From assembly GCA_963715865.1 (NCBI GenBank), contig OY970280.1:992001-1056000 (forward strand): DNA of 64,000 bases, in the 5' to 3' direction. Position 1 is the first letter of the stretch. Each line of letters opens with the position of its first letter. The position numbers were made by a program, and so were the translations under genes. Origin of the DNA: Candidatus Bathyarchaeota archaeon. Lineage in GTDB: Archaea; Thermoproteota; Bathyarchaeia; Bathyarchaeales; Bathycorpusculaceae. A model generated the notes under the pieces. The model saw nothing but the letters and a program-made list of their open reading frames with translations. It had not been told where the DNA came from and made no database searches. Of the stretch, positions 1 through 9,758 are shown piece after piece.

Positions 1-44
1 ATTTAAAGTGACAAAGAATCTCTTCACACTCGGAGCCCGTATAA

Positions 45-347
45 ATGTCTGCAAATGCCCGCTCGTTAAAATACTTGCTAGGATGGCTAATCGCAGGTAC
101 CCGAGGCGGACCAACTCGCGCAAAAATAATTGAGGCACTAAAGGAAACTCCGCAGAACGCAAATCAACTAGCGACCATGCTAAAAATGGATTACAAAACA
201 ATGAGGCATCACCTTGAAGTTCTAGAAAAAAACAAAATAATCACTTCTGTCGGAGACAGGTATGGCGCAACCTATTTTTTGTCGCAAACTATGGAAGAAA
301 ATTACGCAATGTTTGAGGAGATTATGAAGAAAATCGGGAAAAAGTAG
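45..347 (+). CDS. Winged helix-turn-helix (ArsR-like) transcriptional regulator
   Basis: 100 aa; GGPTRAKIIEAL...NANQLA...DYKTMRHHLEVL HTH pattern common in archaea. Confidence 0.85.
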   Translation: MSANARSLKYLLGWLIAGTRGGPTRAKIIEALKETPQNANQLATMLKMDYKTMRHHLEVLEKNKIITSVGDRYGATYFLSQTMEENYAMFEEIMKKIGKK

Positions 348-366
348 AAAAAGGAGAAATAGCAAA

Positions 367-813
367 ATGGAGAAGCAAATGAATAAAAGATTAAAACTTG
401 GATTAATAATTGCGATTTTGGTATCAGTCGCTATTTTTGCGGCTTTTTGGACAATAATAAGTCAGCAGCAGATTCCCGGGTTTGAACAAAGGCGAGTTCC
501 ACCACCTGGTTTCATTTCGGGCGACTTTGAATTTTTTTACGGCGCATTTACAATAATTTCCACGGTCAATATAGCGCTCTTAGTCATCTTAACATTAATT
601 TACATTAATATCTATGTCAAAACGCGTTCCCAATTCACAATTGGACTAATAATTTTTGCTTTAGTCTTCCTAGTAAAAGACTTGACATCTAGCCCTCTTA
701 TAACGTCGCTATTAGGATTTAGAGCTTATGGACTTGGGCCATTCGAGCTTTTGCCAGGCTTGTTCGAGTGCTTTGCATTATCTATACTGCTGTACCTAAG
801 CATTAAGTATTAG
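367..813 (+). CDS. Membrane protein, probably co-transcribed with the wHTH regulator
   Basis: About four hydrophobic segments; 19 bp after the regulator. Confidence 0.7.
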   Translation: MEKQMNKRLKLGLIIAILVSVAIFAAFWTIISQQQIPGFEQRRVPPPGFISGDFEFFYGAFTIISTVNIALLVILTLIYINIYVKTRSQFTIGLIIFALVFLVKDLTSSPLITSLLGFRAYGLGPFELLPGLFECFALSILLYLSIKY

Positions 814-1394
814 GAAAACATTTAAGCAAAGATGATTTAACCCTGTAACACTGCGCGAGTTATGGTCTCAATTTTCGACCAGAACGTAACATTAGGCATG
901 TCAGGAACCGCAGTATTCCCAGTCCTACCATGTACAGCATAAGTCAGAATCGGCAACTTAGACCAGACAAGCGCCGTTGTAACTGTAACAGTCTCATACT
1001 ACTATTAATCCTTCCTTTTTTTATAATATCCTAAATAAGGGAACCTTGAAGTTCGGTAAACTTCTGGTAAGCTAAAGCAAGCAAGGCTTAGAGCATTTTT
1101 TTTCGAATGTAAAGCCAGCGATTATGCGTCTGTGGGGCAAAAAATAAATCGTTAGTCAAACAAGTTTCCTTTGGGCTGTCGCTATTCGCCAAGATATTGA
1201 GATTCGAGGGTTAGTCTATTGCTGGAACCTAGCACAACATTAGGAAATATCATACGAAGAAGTAAACCTGCCGGTAAAAGAAGAAGGCTAACCAAGGTGA
1301 TTGCAAGCAGAGCATGATTCGAATGCTTTCCTTGAGGAAAAGCGCAGAATTAAGCAAAAACTACATAGAGATAAAGTCTGAGGCAGTTAGTTGA

Positions 1395-2363
1395 ATGCTA
1401 ACTAAAAACAAGAAAACACTGATTATTTCAGTAATCTTAATAGCGGTGGCGTTGAATGCAATTACCTTTTTCTGTGCGTATCCTGAAACGTTTAAGCCAG
1501 AATCGCCCACTCTTGCGAGAGATTTCTCGGCTTACTACATTGGAGAATGGCGATTGTTCAATAATCCAACCAAAATTTATACGGGAAGTCCTCAGCCGGG
1601 AGATTACCAGATCCTTCCAAAACCCCAAACCTTCAAGTACACTCCTTCCTTCCTGATTCTCTTTGCGCCATTTTTAGCCTTAAGTTATCAAGATGCTCTT
1701 ATCGCCTTTGACATGGTACAACTTGCTTTAATTCCAGCCTTGGCTTTCTTTGTTTACAAGATTGTTAAAGACAAGAACCTAGCTATCGGCGCTGTAGCAG
1801 CCATCATCATTTTGATCGAACCACTCCCCACTCCACCGATAGATCAAGCCGCACTCAACTTACTCCATTACCGGTTCTTTAGCTTAAATCCCCAATCTTT
1901 CTCTCCAAGTTACTACGTGGGCTATGTCTTAGCAAATGCTCACATACTCCAAGCCATCCTCTTGGTAGGCGCTTTATACTTTGGATTCACTAAAAAACCA
2001 TGGCTCTCAGCATTGCTGTTTGCGTTTGGTTCATTTGACCCGCGCGCTTCACTTTTGGCACTCCCACTGCTTCTATGGTACAACAGACAAAAAATACTTC
2101 AGTTCATTACTGGCACTGTTACGTTTCTTCTCGCAACAAATTTGCCCTTTTTCTTCTACTATAATATAGGATTCACCTTCTTGCAAACGGAAATGAATGG
2201 TAGCATCATCTCCCAAATGTACCCGTACGACTGGATTCCATTATACGCGATTGTCACATTAACCATAATCGAAATAATCAACACCAGCAGCAGAAACACA
2301 AAAAAGCCCTTCAGATTTTCACTTACAAGAAAAACAAAAAGGTTAGAAACAACACAAAAGTAA
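1395..2363 (+). CDS. GT-C fold membrane glycosyltransferase (GT87/DUF2029-like)
   Basis: DFSAYY motif after first TM helix, FKYTPSFLILFAPF motif, multiple TM helices. Confidence 0.7.
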   Translation: MLTKNKKTLIISVILIAVALNAITFFCAYPETFKPESPTLARDFSAYYIGEWRLFNNPTKIYTGSPQPGDYQILPKPQTFKYTPSFLILFAPFLALSYQDALIAFDMVQLALIPALAFFVYKIVKDKNLAIGAVAAIIILIEPLPTPPIDQAALNLLHYRFFSLNPQSFSPSYYVGYVLANAHILQAILLVGALYFGFTKKPWLSALLFAFGSFDPRASLLALPLLLWYNRQKILQFITGTVTFLLATNLPFFFYYNIGFTFLQTEMNGSIISQMYPYDWIPLYAIVTLTIIEIINTSSRNTKKPFRFSLTRKTKRLETTQK

Positions 2364-2417
2364 TAAGAGCAACATTATGCCCCGGTCTTTTTACTAACTT
2401 GCAAGCTTATTTAGGTA

Positions 2418-3608
2418 TCATTCTTTGCGAATTACTTCGAATTTTTTTGGATCTCCCTTTGCGAAGCCTATTAGATGAATAATAAAATTTAGCGTCACTG
2501 TTATGTAGCTTGCGGCAGTACCTGCTAGGGCATGTTTCCAACCCATGCATACGCCAATGGTATAAGCTCTTATTGCAAGCCATACAGCTAAAGTGATATA
2601 TGTTAATGGCAAGAGCACAGCCGGTATATTAACGATGCCTAAATAATATAATGGCAACCCCACTGTTGCAATAGAGTACAGCCACAATCCTGAAAAGCCT
2701 ATCACACTCAACCTAAGCCTGTTAGGGAGGGGCAGCATTTTACGAGTTAAAATTCTAAGTTGCCCCCAAACCCACCTACGTCTTTGTTTTATGGCATCAC
2801 CAAAACTTAACGGCGGCATTATGAAAATCCGCTCTTCCGAATTAAAAACAGTATAACCCATTACTGATGCTTTGTGGAAGTAAAAAGCGTCTTCGCTGCT
2901 TATCAACTTGTGCTTAGTATTATGCGTAAAGCTACTTATGTCGTAGGAAACGTTCTTGTCGACTTGACTACTCATGCAGGTTCCTTCCCCATGAGCCCAG
3001 AGTGGTTTTCCAATGTTAGTAAAAAAATTGCAGAAAATCCCGCAAGCAACACAGCGTTCATAGTCGAGGATAGTGTTCCATACGCCTTTTACTATTGGAG
3101 TGATCGTACCTATGATAATGTCCGCGTTAACGGTCAAGCTTTCCTTTATGAACTCGAGACTAGGCACAGCATCGTCGTCTCCTTGAAGTAACAAATAGTT
3201 CGGCCCCAGCATGCCCTCGGCAACCATTTTTTGTCTTAGCCTACGAGCATATTCTAACGCACGACCCTTGTACAAATCTTCACATTCAAAATCTGGAGGA
3301 ACAACAACAACCTTATCGCAAACATATTCGGCCTTATGTTTGTCCCAATCTTCAATGATTACCCACGTTTCCAAGGGCACAGGCAGATCATAGTTTTTCA
3401 CCGTCTCAAATATCTTATTTACTGACTTTACGTTCCCTACAGTGGGTATCTGAAAGATTATCTTGTCAACTTTCTTCTCAGCCTGCCCTTTCTGTTTCAA
3501 TAGATTGATCCTTCGCGTCCTGTTGAATATTTTTCCAAACGCTAAGACAGCGAGGTAGAGAAAAGGTGAAAGCCAAATCGCCGAAATCACATAATCAAGT
3601 ATTATCAT
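2418..3608 (-). CDS. Family 2 glycosyltransferase with C-terminal TM helices
   Basis: DDD, SED and QRRRW motifs of processive GT2 enzymes. Confidence 0.85.
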   Translation of the reverse strand: MIILDYVISAIWLSPFLYLAVLAFGKIFNRTRRINLLKQKGQAEKKVDKIIFQIPTVGNVKSVNKIFETVKNYDLPVPLETWVIIEDWDKHKAEYVCDKVVVVPPDFECEDLYKGRALEYARRLRQKMVAEGMLGPNYLLLQGDDDAVPSLEFIKESLTVNADIIIGTITPIVKGVWNTILDYERCVACGIFCNFFTNIGKPLWAHGEGTCMSSQVDKNVSYDISSFTHNTKHKLISSEDAFYFHKASVMGYTVFNSEERIFIMPPLSFGDAIKQRRRWVWGQLRILTRKMLPLPNRLRLSVIGFSGLWLYSIATVGLPLYYLGIVNIPAVLLPLTYITLAVWLAIRAYTIGVCMGWKHALAGTAASYITVTLNFIIHLIGFAKGDPKKFEVIRKE

Positions 3609-4341
3609 GCTTGTTCTGAATCCTTAAATTATATGTTTTAACAGCCTCAAATAGCAATGGATTTAAGCCTTCGCCGCGAAAAGCAGAAATCAATTCATCC
3701 ATGCACATTGGAAGACATTTTCCTCCAAAGGGGTGACCGAACTTGGACGCGCCATACGTAGACATCCTACTATCAGCGCAGACTAAACGCGCAACCTCAC
3801 TAGTGGTTAGCCCTAGTTTCTTTGAAAGCTCATCGGCCTCGTTCCAAAAAGTTATCAACACACTGAGGTACGCGTTAGAAAGAAGCTTGGCAGCCTCGCT
3901 TTCGATAAGGCCAGTGACGTAGATAGGCTTCTTCAAAGGAGCATAAAGAGTAACCAGTTTCTGGGCATGCTCACTGCAACATTGACCTATTATTATCCGG
4001 TCTGGATTCATTACGTCTTCATATGCGCATTGTTCCCGTAAAAACTCAGGATTATTCAATAAATGAACGCCCCAACTATCCATCAAGCCTTTCGCAGTAC
4101 CTATAGACGTTGTACTCTTAATAACGTAAAGTCCTTCCACACCCTGCTCTACAAGGTTGTTGACAGCGTCAGGCACAACATTTCCGGGAGTACATACAAA
4201 AGTCAACTCCACCTGCTTCTCAGGACTCTTAACATCAGGAAAAACATAAGGATCAAAAACGAAAACTTCATGACCCAACTTTTTCAACAAAAACTCCTGT
4301 GCCTTACCAACGGTACCATACCCAATTACGTTTACCCTCAT
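3595..4341 (-). CDS. Short UDP-glucose/GDP-mannose dehydrogenase family protein
   Basis: GYGTVG Rossmann motif, KST, NPEFLRE, GGKCLP catalytic Cys; only 248 aa, C-terminal domain absent. Confidence 0.85.
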   Translation of the reverse strand: MRVNVIGYGTVGKAQEFLLKKLGHEVFVFDPYVFPDVKSPEKQVELTFVCTPGNVVPDAVNNLVEQGVEGLYVIKSTTSIGTAKGLMDSWGVHLLNNPEFLREQCAYEDVMNPDRIIIGQCCSEHAQKLVTLYAPLKKPIYVTGLIESEAAKLLSNAYLSVLITFWNEADELSKKLGLTTSEVARLVCADSRMSTYGASKFGHPFGGKCLPMCMDELISAFRGEGLNPLLFEAVKTYNLRIQNKHDNT

Positions 4342-4662
4342 CCTTCAACTCTCTTCTTTCGTACATAGCGTATATAGCGTTCCTTTTGTCTACAATTCTT
4401 AAAAGCTTTGCTCCAAATCCCCCAACCAACCGGTTAAAAGAACAGCTGACTAGCAAGCGATGACCCGGATTTCAATTTTGAGGGTGCCAACTATACGCCA
4501 TTATCTAAAGGCAACGTCAACTCTCCATCTATTGCCTTGCAAATCTGTATATGTTGAGTTAGGGTTCTGCGGTTTGCTTAAAAATAAATTAGGAATTCTG
4601 AATCAGAGTCGGAATTAGAACAAACAAAACCCGAGTTTTTTAATTAAAAAGCTGTCAAAAAA

Positions 4663-4750
4663 TGGCGCCGGGAATGGGATTCGAACCCATGCGGACCAGA
4701 AGGTCCACGGGCTCTCAAGGCCCGCGCGTTAACCACTCTGCCATCCCGGC
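4663..4750 (-). tRNA. tRNA-Ser(TGA), CCA encoded
   Basis: Reverse complement GCCGGGATGGCAGAGTGG...GGGCCTTGAGAGCCC...long variable arm...GGGTTCGAATCCC...CCCGGCGCCA. Confidence 0.95.
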
Positions 4751-4828
4751 TCTTTTTAGTGTAATGAGGATGGTTGTTTATTTCTGTTTTTCCTTAGTGA
4801 AAACTCAGTAAAGGTAATAAAGCCGTAA

Positions 4829-5236
4829 ATGCATGGGCGTTTCATGGCAAAAACTCAAGAAGTGTCTATGAGTCAGGAGTTACTGGATTCAATTTTTGAG
4901 GGTGCAAAACGACTTTACCCGAGGGAGACGATTTTGCTTCTTAGGGGTAAAAAGGCTAAAGATGCCCTTCGTATAGTTGACCTTGTGATTCCGCCGTTGG
5001 CGACTTATGGGCATGGGTTTGCTAATTACCCGCTTCATTTGTTGCCCATGGATTTCTCTCTGGTAGGCACCGTGCATTCGCATCCGTCAGGTAACAAAAC
5101 GCCTTCGGATGTGGATTTTAATCATTTCTTTGGACGAATCCTCATGATTGTAGGCTACCCTTATGCGAGCCAGCAGGATGTTGCTGTATATAATTCGCAT
5201 GGGGAAAAATTACCATTGCTGGTAACTAAGGAGTAA
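4829..5236 (+). CDS. JAMM/MPN (Mov34) metalloprotease; its last 12 nt are the attachment core of the element
   Basis: E...VHSHPSG...PSDVD JAMM motif; true start may be the second Met. Confidence 0.9.
   Translation: MHGRFMAKTQEVSMSQELLDSIFEGAKRLYPRETILLLRGKKAKDALRIVDLVIPPLATYGHGFANYPLHLLPMDFSLVGTVHSHPSGNKTPSDVDFNHFFGRILMIVGYPYASQQDVAVYNSHGEKLPLLVTKE
5225..5236 (+). repeat. attL core, 12-bp direct repeat
   Basis: ACTAAGGAGTAA = Thr-Lys-Glu-stop of the JAMM gene. Confidence 0.85.
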
Positions 5237-5305
5237 GCCTATTTTAAACGCGGTTATCTAAACCTTTTTAAGCGACGGAGCCATATCAGTCTATTGGCGA
5301 GATAA

Positions 5306-6367
5306 ATGTTAAATCAGCAAGTCGAAAACTGGTTAAGCGAATGCAGAACCGCAAACACAGAACGACAATATCGAATAAGAATAACAAATTTTTTAAATTG
5401 GTATAATGGCACGGTTGAACAGTTCTTAGCCTTAACCCCGGCAGAGAAACGTAACGCTATTTTGAGGTTTCAAAACGCGCCTATACACAAATCCAAAAAC
5501 ACCGCTGGCTCTCATGTTGTCGCTATTCTATCCTTCTTGCGATCCGTTGATATGCCACTGGATTTAAGGGGAAAAAAACTTCGCTATCAAATGGATATTT
5601 CAAGCCACACCTTCACAAACGGCGACTTGCAAAAAATGTTTGAGGTAGCCGACATAAAAGGCAAGGCACTTTTAGCTTTAGCGACTTCGCTGGGCTGGGA
5701 GGTCAGCGCGGTTCTCGGCCTCAAACGTGCCTATGTGGAATCTTTAATAGCGAAGGCAAAAAGCGAAAACCAACAGTTCTATTATTTCCTTTCACAGCGG
5801 GAAAAGACTGGAGCGCCACGGTTAGGCGTCTTAAACCCGTTAGCGATTGAATGGCTCTCTAAATGGTTTATCGAAAGTGACCAATACCCAAAACGCAACC
5901 GCATAAAGAACCCTAAAAGAGACTATGGAAACAGCGACATATTCGACGTTAATGAAGCATCCGCAAACAAGATAGTACAGCGATTAGCAAGGAGAGCGCA
6001 TATAGTCACCACGGGCAGAGTGCGTTTTCACAAGATAAGAGGCTGGGTTATGAGCAATCTTAGCCGCGCAGGATTCAACGAGTTTCAGGTTAAGTTTTGT
6101 GTTGGTAAGGCTATTCAAGCAAGCGACATGACTTATCTAAATACTTTACAAGAGCAAATAGCAGAGCGTTACCCAGCAGCCTATAACGACTATTTAAGTT
6201 TACAAAGCACCGTTCCAGCAAAAGCCTTAGTTAAAATGAGCAAAGAAACCGAGGCTATCAAAGCAGATAACGCTGAGTTAAAGGCCAAGATTGCGAAGAT
6301 TGAAAATGACATGAAAGAGTTGCTTCTTAAAGTGGTCGCACAGGAACCAAAGCTTCCTGACGAATAA
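5306..6367 (+). CDS. Tyrosine recombinase/integrase
   Basis: N-terminal SAM-like region, REKTG, RFHKIR (HxxR), VGK, DMTYL (Tyr); C-terminal coiled coil. Confidence 0.9.
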   Translation: MLNQQVENWLSECRTANTERQYRIRITNFLNWYNGTVEQFLALTPAEKRNAILRFQNAPIHKSKNTAGSHVVAILSFLRSVDMPLDLRGKKLRYQMDISSHTFTNGDLQKMFEVADIKGKALLALATSLGWEVSAVLGLKRAYVESLIAKAKSENQQFYYFLSQREKTGAPRLGVLNPLAIEWLSKWFIESDQYPKRNRIKNPKRDYGNSDIFDVNEASANKIVQRLARRAHIVTTGRVRFHKIRGWVMSNLSRAGFNEFQVKFCVGKAIQASDMTYLNTLQEQIAERYPAAYNDYLSLQSTVPAKALVKMSKETEAIKADNAELKAKIAKIENDMKELLLKVVAQEPKLPDE

Positions 6368-6403
6368 GAGAAAGATTAAAAAAAGAAAAAAGCTATTGTT
6401 GCA

Positions 6404-7156
6404 CTAACATTTTTTCTGTTGGTCACAGTGTTTGCATACTTCAGCGATGTCGAGGTCTCCCAACTTCAAAATGTGTGGCCCTCGGTCTATTTTTGGCTGT
6501 TGTATTTGGTAACAGGATGGATATTCTTCTTCTTTCTCAATTTGATCGAGTGCTGATTTTGCTTCGTTTAGTTGTAAACCCATTTTTCCAGCCAACCAGT
6601 CGAGATAGTCCGCGATCTCATTCATCGAATATCCTTTCTCTTTTAAGTAAATTCCAGTGAGCCTTAATCCTCTATTGAAGCCGTCTTCAAATGTGCATGG
6701 GGAAAAGAGAGCTACGCATTTTTTCGGAGATTCTCTATGAACCCAGAAAAGCTCAGGTATCCACTTTGGTTGCTCTTCTATCTTTTTGCCACTAAGTTCT
6801 TCTACAGTTAATATTTTTGTTAAGGAGTCTCTTTCTTCCTGCGACATGAGTTTTTCTGCCATCCGTTGTACTTGCCTTCTGGCATCAGAACGTTGAACCA
6901 CTAAACCAAACTTCAATGTTGGATGGTTCTCCTTCAACAAATGAAAATGGAATAACTTTTCTTCATATCGAGCCTTGAGTTCGACTTCCCAAAGTATCTT
7001 TTCTTCGTTTTTCTCCCAACAAACATCTACTATAACTTTAGCCCTCTTAGGAATCTCAAAAGAAGGGTTTCCAATAACATAACCCTTTTCAATTCCTTGC
7101 TTCTTAAGCAAATCTGCTAACGTAGTATGCAAAGACACTATTTTCTTTTCTGGCAT
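6404..7156 (-). CDS. PD-(D/E)xK nuclease-like domain fused to a primase C-terminal-like helical domain
   Basis: VIVDVCW...ILWEVELK at N-terminus; RLTGIYLKEKGYS...YPSC...CKHC at C-terminus. Confidence 0.45.
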   Translation of the reverse strand: MPEKKIVSLHTTLADLLKKQGIEKGYVIGNPSFEIPKRAKVIVDVCWEKNEEKILWEVELKARYEEKLFHFHLLKENHPTLKFGLVVQRSDARRQVQRMAEKLMSQEERDSLTKILTVEELSGKKIEEQPKWIPELFWVHRESPKKCVALFSPCTFEDGFNRGLRLTGIYLKEKGYSMNEIADYLDWLAGKMGLQLNEAKSALDQIEKEEEYPSCYQIQQPKIDRGPHILKLGDLDIAEVCKHCDQQKKC

Positions 7157-7168
7157 CTATTCACCTCC

Positions 7169-7696
7169 CTAAGAGCGCGCTGGCATTTTTCGAATGTAGT
7201 ATCTTGCCAGATCCGTTGTTTTTTCAAGTGGTTCTATGCCATGGCACATCCTGTCTAACATTTTTCGAAGCCTGCTTATCCCCATTTTTGAGATTTTAAT
7301 GGGAAGGCAGTGGTAGTCATATTTTACTATTATGCCATCCACTGAGTCTATCAGTTCCCTATTCTTTTCAATGTTGTCTCGCTTTTGTTTGTAACTCGTA
7401 AACCATTCATGTATTTTTTGATTTGAGATTTTATCGATGCACACATTGCCGACCTTAGACGTCTTTCCGCTACTATCGGCAACTACATAAATATCTTTGA
7501 TTCTTTCGTGACCACATACTTGACAATTAAGAAATACTTCTGAACGATAATGGTCAACGAGTCGGTAACTTTCACCTTCATACTGGAATTCGCCAACGGC
7601 CTTTATGTATTCTGGAATACTTGCATCCAATTCGCTCAAAACTTCGTCAGTTTTTGATATAATGTTCAATCGTTTCTTCAAACCTGTTTTACTCAT
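7169..7696 (-). CDS. Zn-finger protein of virus/plasmid type
   Basis: CQVCGH...KVGNVCI motif. Confidence 0.55.
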   Translation of the reverse strand: MSKTGLKKRLNIISKTDEVLSELDASIPEYIKAVGEFQYEGESYRLVDHYRSEVFLNCQVCGHERIKDIYVVADSSGKTSKVGNVCIDKISNQKIHEWFTSYKQKRDNIEKNRELIDSVDGIIVKYDYHCLPIKISKMGISRLRKMLDRMCHGIEPLEKTTDLARYYIRKMPARS

Positions 7697-9758
7697 TTTT
7701 CGAAGATTCCTCCTCTTCCATCAACTCAGCCAACGTCTTTTTGCGATTCTCTGCGTTAACATCATCAGACGAAATTAGTGCATCTACAGCCTTTTGCTCG
7801 TTAGACGCGTTTTCGGAGTTATTTTCTGGTTCTAACGCTGATTCTTCCTTAGAAACTATTACCACCAAGGGGTCGCTTTGCACCCTATCATTTTTATTAT
7901 TTTCTATTGAAGGATTAGATAGGGTTAGATTAGATTGTATAGATATATTATTTTCGCCAACTTTATTTTTACTATCAGGTGGTAATAGTTTAGAAGAGAC
8001 TTCACTGTTAAATTCAGAGTGCGCGTCCATAATCATTTTATCAAATTCTTCTTCAGTTATCGGTGTTTCAGTTTTATCAATGAAATTAATTTTTGATAGG
8101 GCGTAAGTGACACCCCTGGTGGTAATTGTTTCTTTCCATGTTTTGAAGTCCTTTATCAATTTCGCCTTTAAATCAGGGTTAATTGGCAAATTGGCTCTAA
8201 GTGCACTAATTTCAGTTTGAATCTCCGAATTTGACGCATTTTTTAACGGGTAATATGTTAATTCTCGACTGTCAGATTGTTCGTCTTCGCGTATGTCAAC
8301 CCAGCCTAAATCGCATAGTCTTTCTAAATATCGTCTTGCTGTTTTTCTTGACGGCGCTTTGGTTGTTGGTGTCTTTTCGCCTTCATAATTCATGGTAGGA
8401 TTGTTTTTGTCGTAGATGTGATTTACAATTGTCTTTAAGGTTGCGCCGTTAACGTGGTGTTCAACGTATTCATGGTAAAACGTTAATGTGCGCTTATCCG
8501 TGTTTGTCTGTGTGGTTTCGTAAATGAACTTGAAGTGTTTTTCTGCGTTTATGAAGTCTTGAACTGTAGCTACAAAGAATTTTTCGCCTTCTATGGTGAA
8601 AATAGGACGCTGGAATAGTGACAGGATCGGTTTTGCAGATAGGAGTTGTTGAAAATGTTCGAAGTCTCGCATGTCTCTTACTTCTAATCCGCCTATTAAC
8701 TCGTCGCAGTTGGGGAAGGGATTAATGAATTTTAGGTCATACTTTTTGATTGTATCGCGTATATTTCGAATCAAGGCTTTAAACAATATTTTGTCTTGGG
8801 ATGGTTTGGATTCCCAGGGGTAAGATCGTTTAGTCGCGATTGTTTTTTTGCCAGCTCGGATTTTAGCTTCATTGGTGTCTGGAGTGTCTGAAATTACTCT
8901 GGTTGCAAATTCCGAATAGTAATATTCGTCGATGCTACAGAAAATGAAGGCTGGTGCACCTTCAAGAACTACAACATGAACGTGGCCGTGCTCATCGACA
9001 AATTTATGTGTAATTCGGGGGCCGTCATGCGACATAGTGCTTTTTAACATCGCTAAGGTTTCTTTTGGTACAGTTTCTAAGAGAATGTAGATTTTGCCAG
9101 TGAATTTTATTAGGTCGAATGCTGCTTTAACTTTTTTGTCCCATTTAGGTTTTTCAATTTTGTAAACGTCTAATGCGTCTTGGTATTCTTCTTTCCCATC
9201 ATAATTTTTGGGTTTTGGCGCGTGCGGTGCATCATCCATGTTTAATGGTTCCTCTTCGCCGTTCTCATTGATTGTCATAAGTTCGCCCTGTTCATGAGTA
9301 ATAACTTTAGGGCTTTGCGAAGCGACCGTTATTATGTCTTCTTCCGGGAAATACGCGAAGACTGCTGTGGTATCATAGGTTTTTCCGCTTCCGCTTTCGG
9401 TGCTCTTGTGGCTAACTGAGAAGGGATCAACATAGGCGCTTAGCCCAGCCGCTTTATTGTCCTCGATAACCGCGTCATCAAACTTAACTGTTCTATGAAT
9501 ATCTGCATTAAATCGTTCTTCAATTTTTGGGTCATAAGCTAATTGTTCCAGCGAGCTTTTCAGTTCCAGTGGTACATGAAAGCTTTCAAGGCATTGCGTG
9601 TTGAGTAGGTTTTGCATGATTTCTTTTCCTTTAGCGCGGCATTCAGGGCAAAGAAGCTTGCCTGTTGGTGTTTCGCGCGTGACATCTAAACTTGATATGC
9701 CGCAGGCTTCGCATGTCTGCTCGATTTTTCGGAATCGTAAAAATTTAGGGAATTTCAT
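7689..9758 (-). CDS. Putative replicative helicase (MCM-like AAA+) with N-terminal Zn finger and C-terminal wHTH
   Basis: CEAC/CPEC; Walker A-like TESGSGKT; EFATR Arg-finger-like motif; SRKTARRYLERLCDLGWV wHTH. Confidence 0.65.
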   Translation of the reverse strand: MKFPKFLRFRKIEQTCEACGISSLDVTRETPTGKLLCPECRAKGKEIMQNLLNTQCLESFHVPLELKSSLEQLAYDPKIEERFNADIHRTVKFDDAVIEDNKAAGLSAYVDPFSVSHKSTESGSGKTYDTTAVFAYFPEEDIITVASQSPKVITHEQGELMTINENGEEEPLNMDDAPHAPKPKNYDGKEEYQDALDVYKIEKPKWDKKVKAAFDLIKFTGKIYILLETVPKETLAMLKSTMSHDGPRITHKFVDEHGHVHVVVLEGAPAFIFCSIDEYYYSEFATRVISDTPDTNEAKIRAGKKTIATKRSYPWESKPSQDKILFKALIRNIRDTIKKYDLKFINPFPNCDELIGGLEVRDMRDFEHFQQLLSAKPILSLFQRPIFTIEGEKFFVATVQDFINAEKHFKFIYETTQTNTDKRTLTFYHEYVEHHVNGATLKTIVNHIYDKNNPTMNYEGEKTPTTKAPSRKTARRYLERLCDLGWVDIREDEQSDSRELTYYPLKNASNSEIQTEISALRANLPINPDLKAKLIKDFKTWKETITTRGVTYALSKINFIDKTETPITEEEFDKMIMDAHSEFNSEVSSKLLPPDSKNKVGENNISIQSNLTLSNPSIENNKNDRVQSDPLVVIVSKEESALEPENNSENASNEQKAVDALISSDDVNAENRKKTLAELMEEEESSKNE

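Noticed and set aside
840-1000. Open stretch on the minus strand (YETVTVTT...RAVLQG)
   Set aside because: Preceded by in-frame stops with no start codon and no recognisable family.
4663-4750. tRNA-Ser as the attachment site of the integrase element
   Set aside because: No copy of any tRNA-Ser segment was found at the far end; the 12-bp JAMM repeat explains both boundaries.
4467-4905. 21-nt near repeat GGATT(T)CAATTTT(T)GAGGGTGC at 4467-4487 and 4885-4905, on either side of tRNA-Ser
   Set aside because: Needs a shifted T, one copy is inside the JAMM coding sequence, and no element or function explains it; may be chance.
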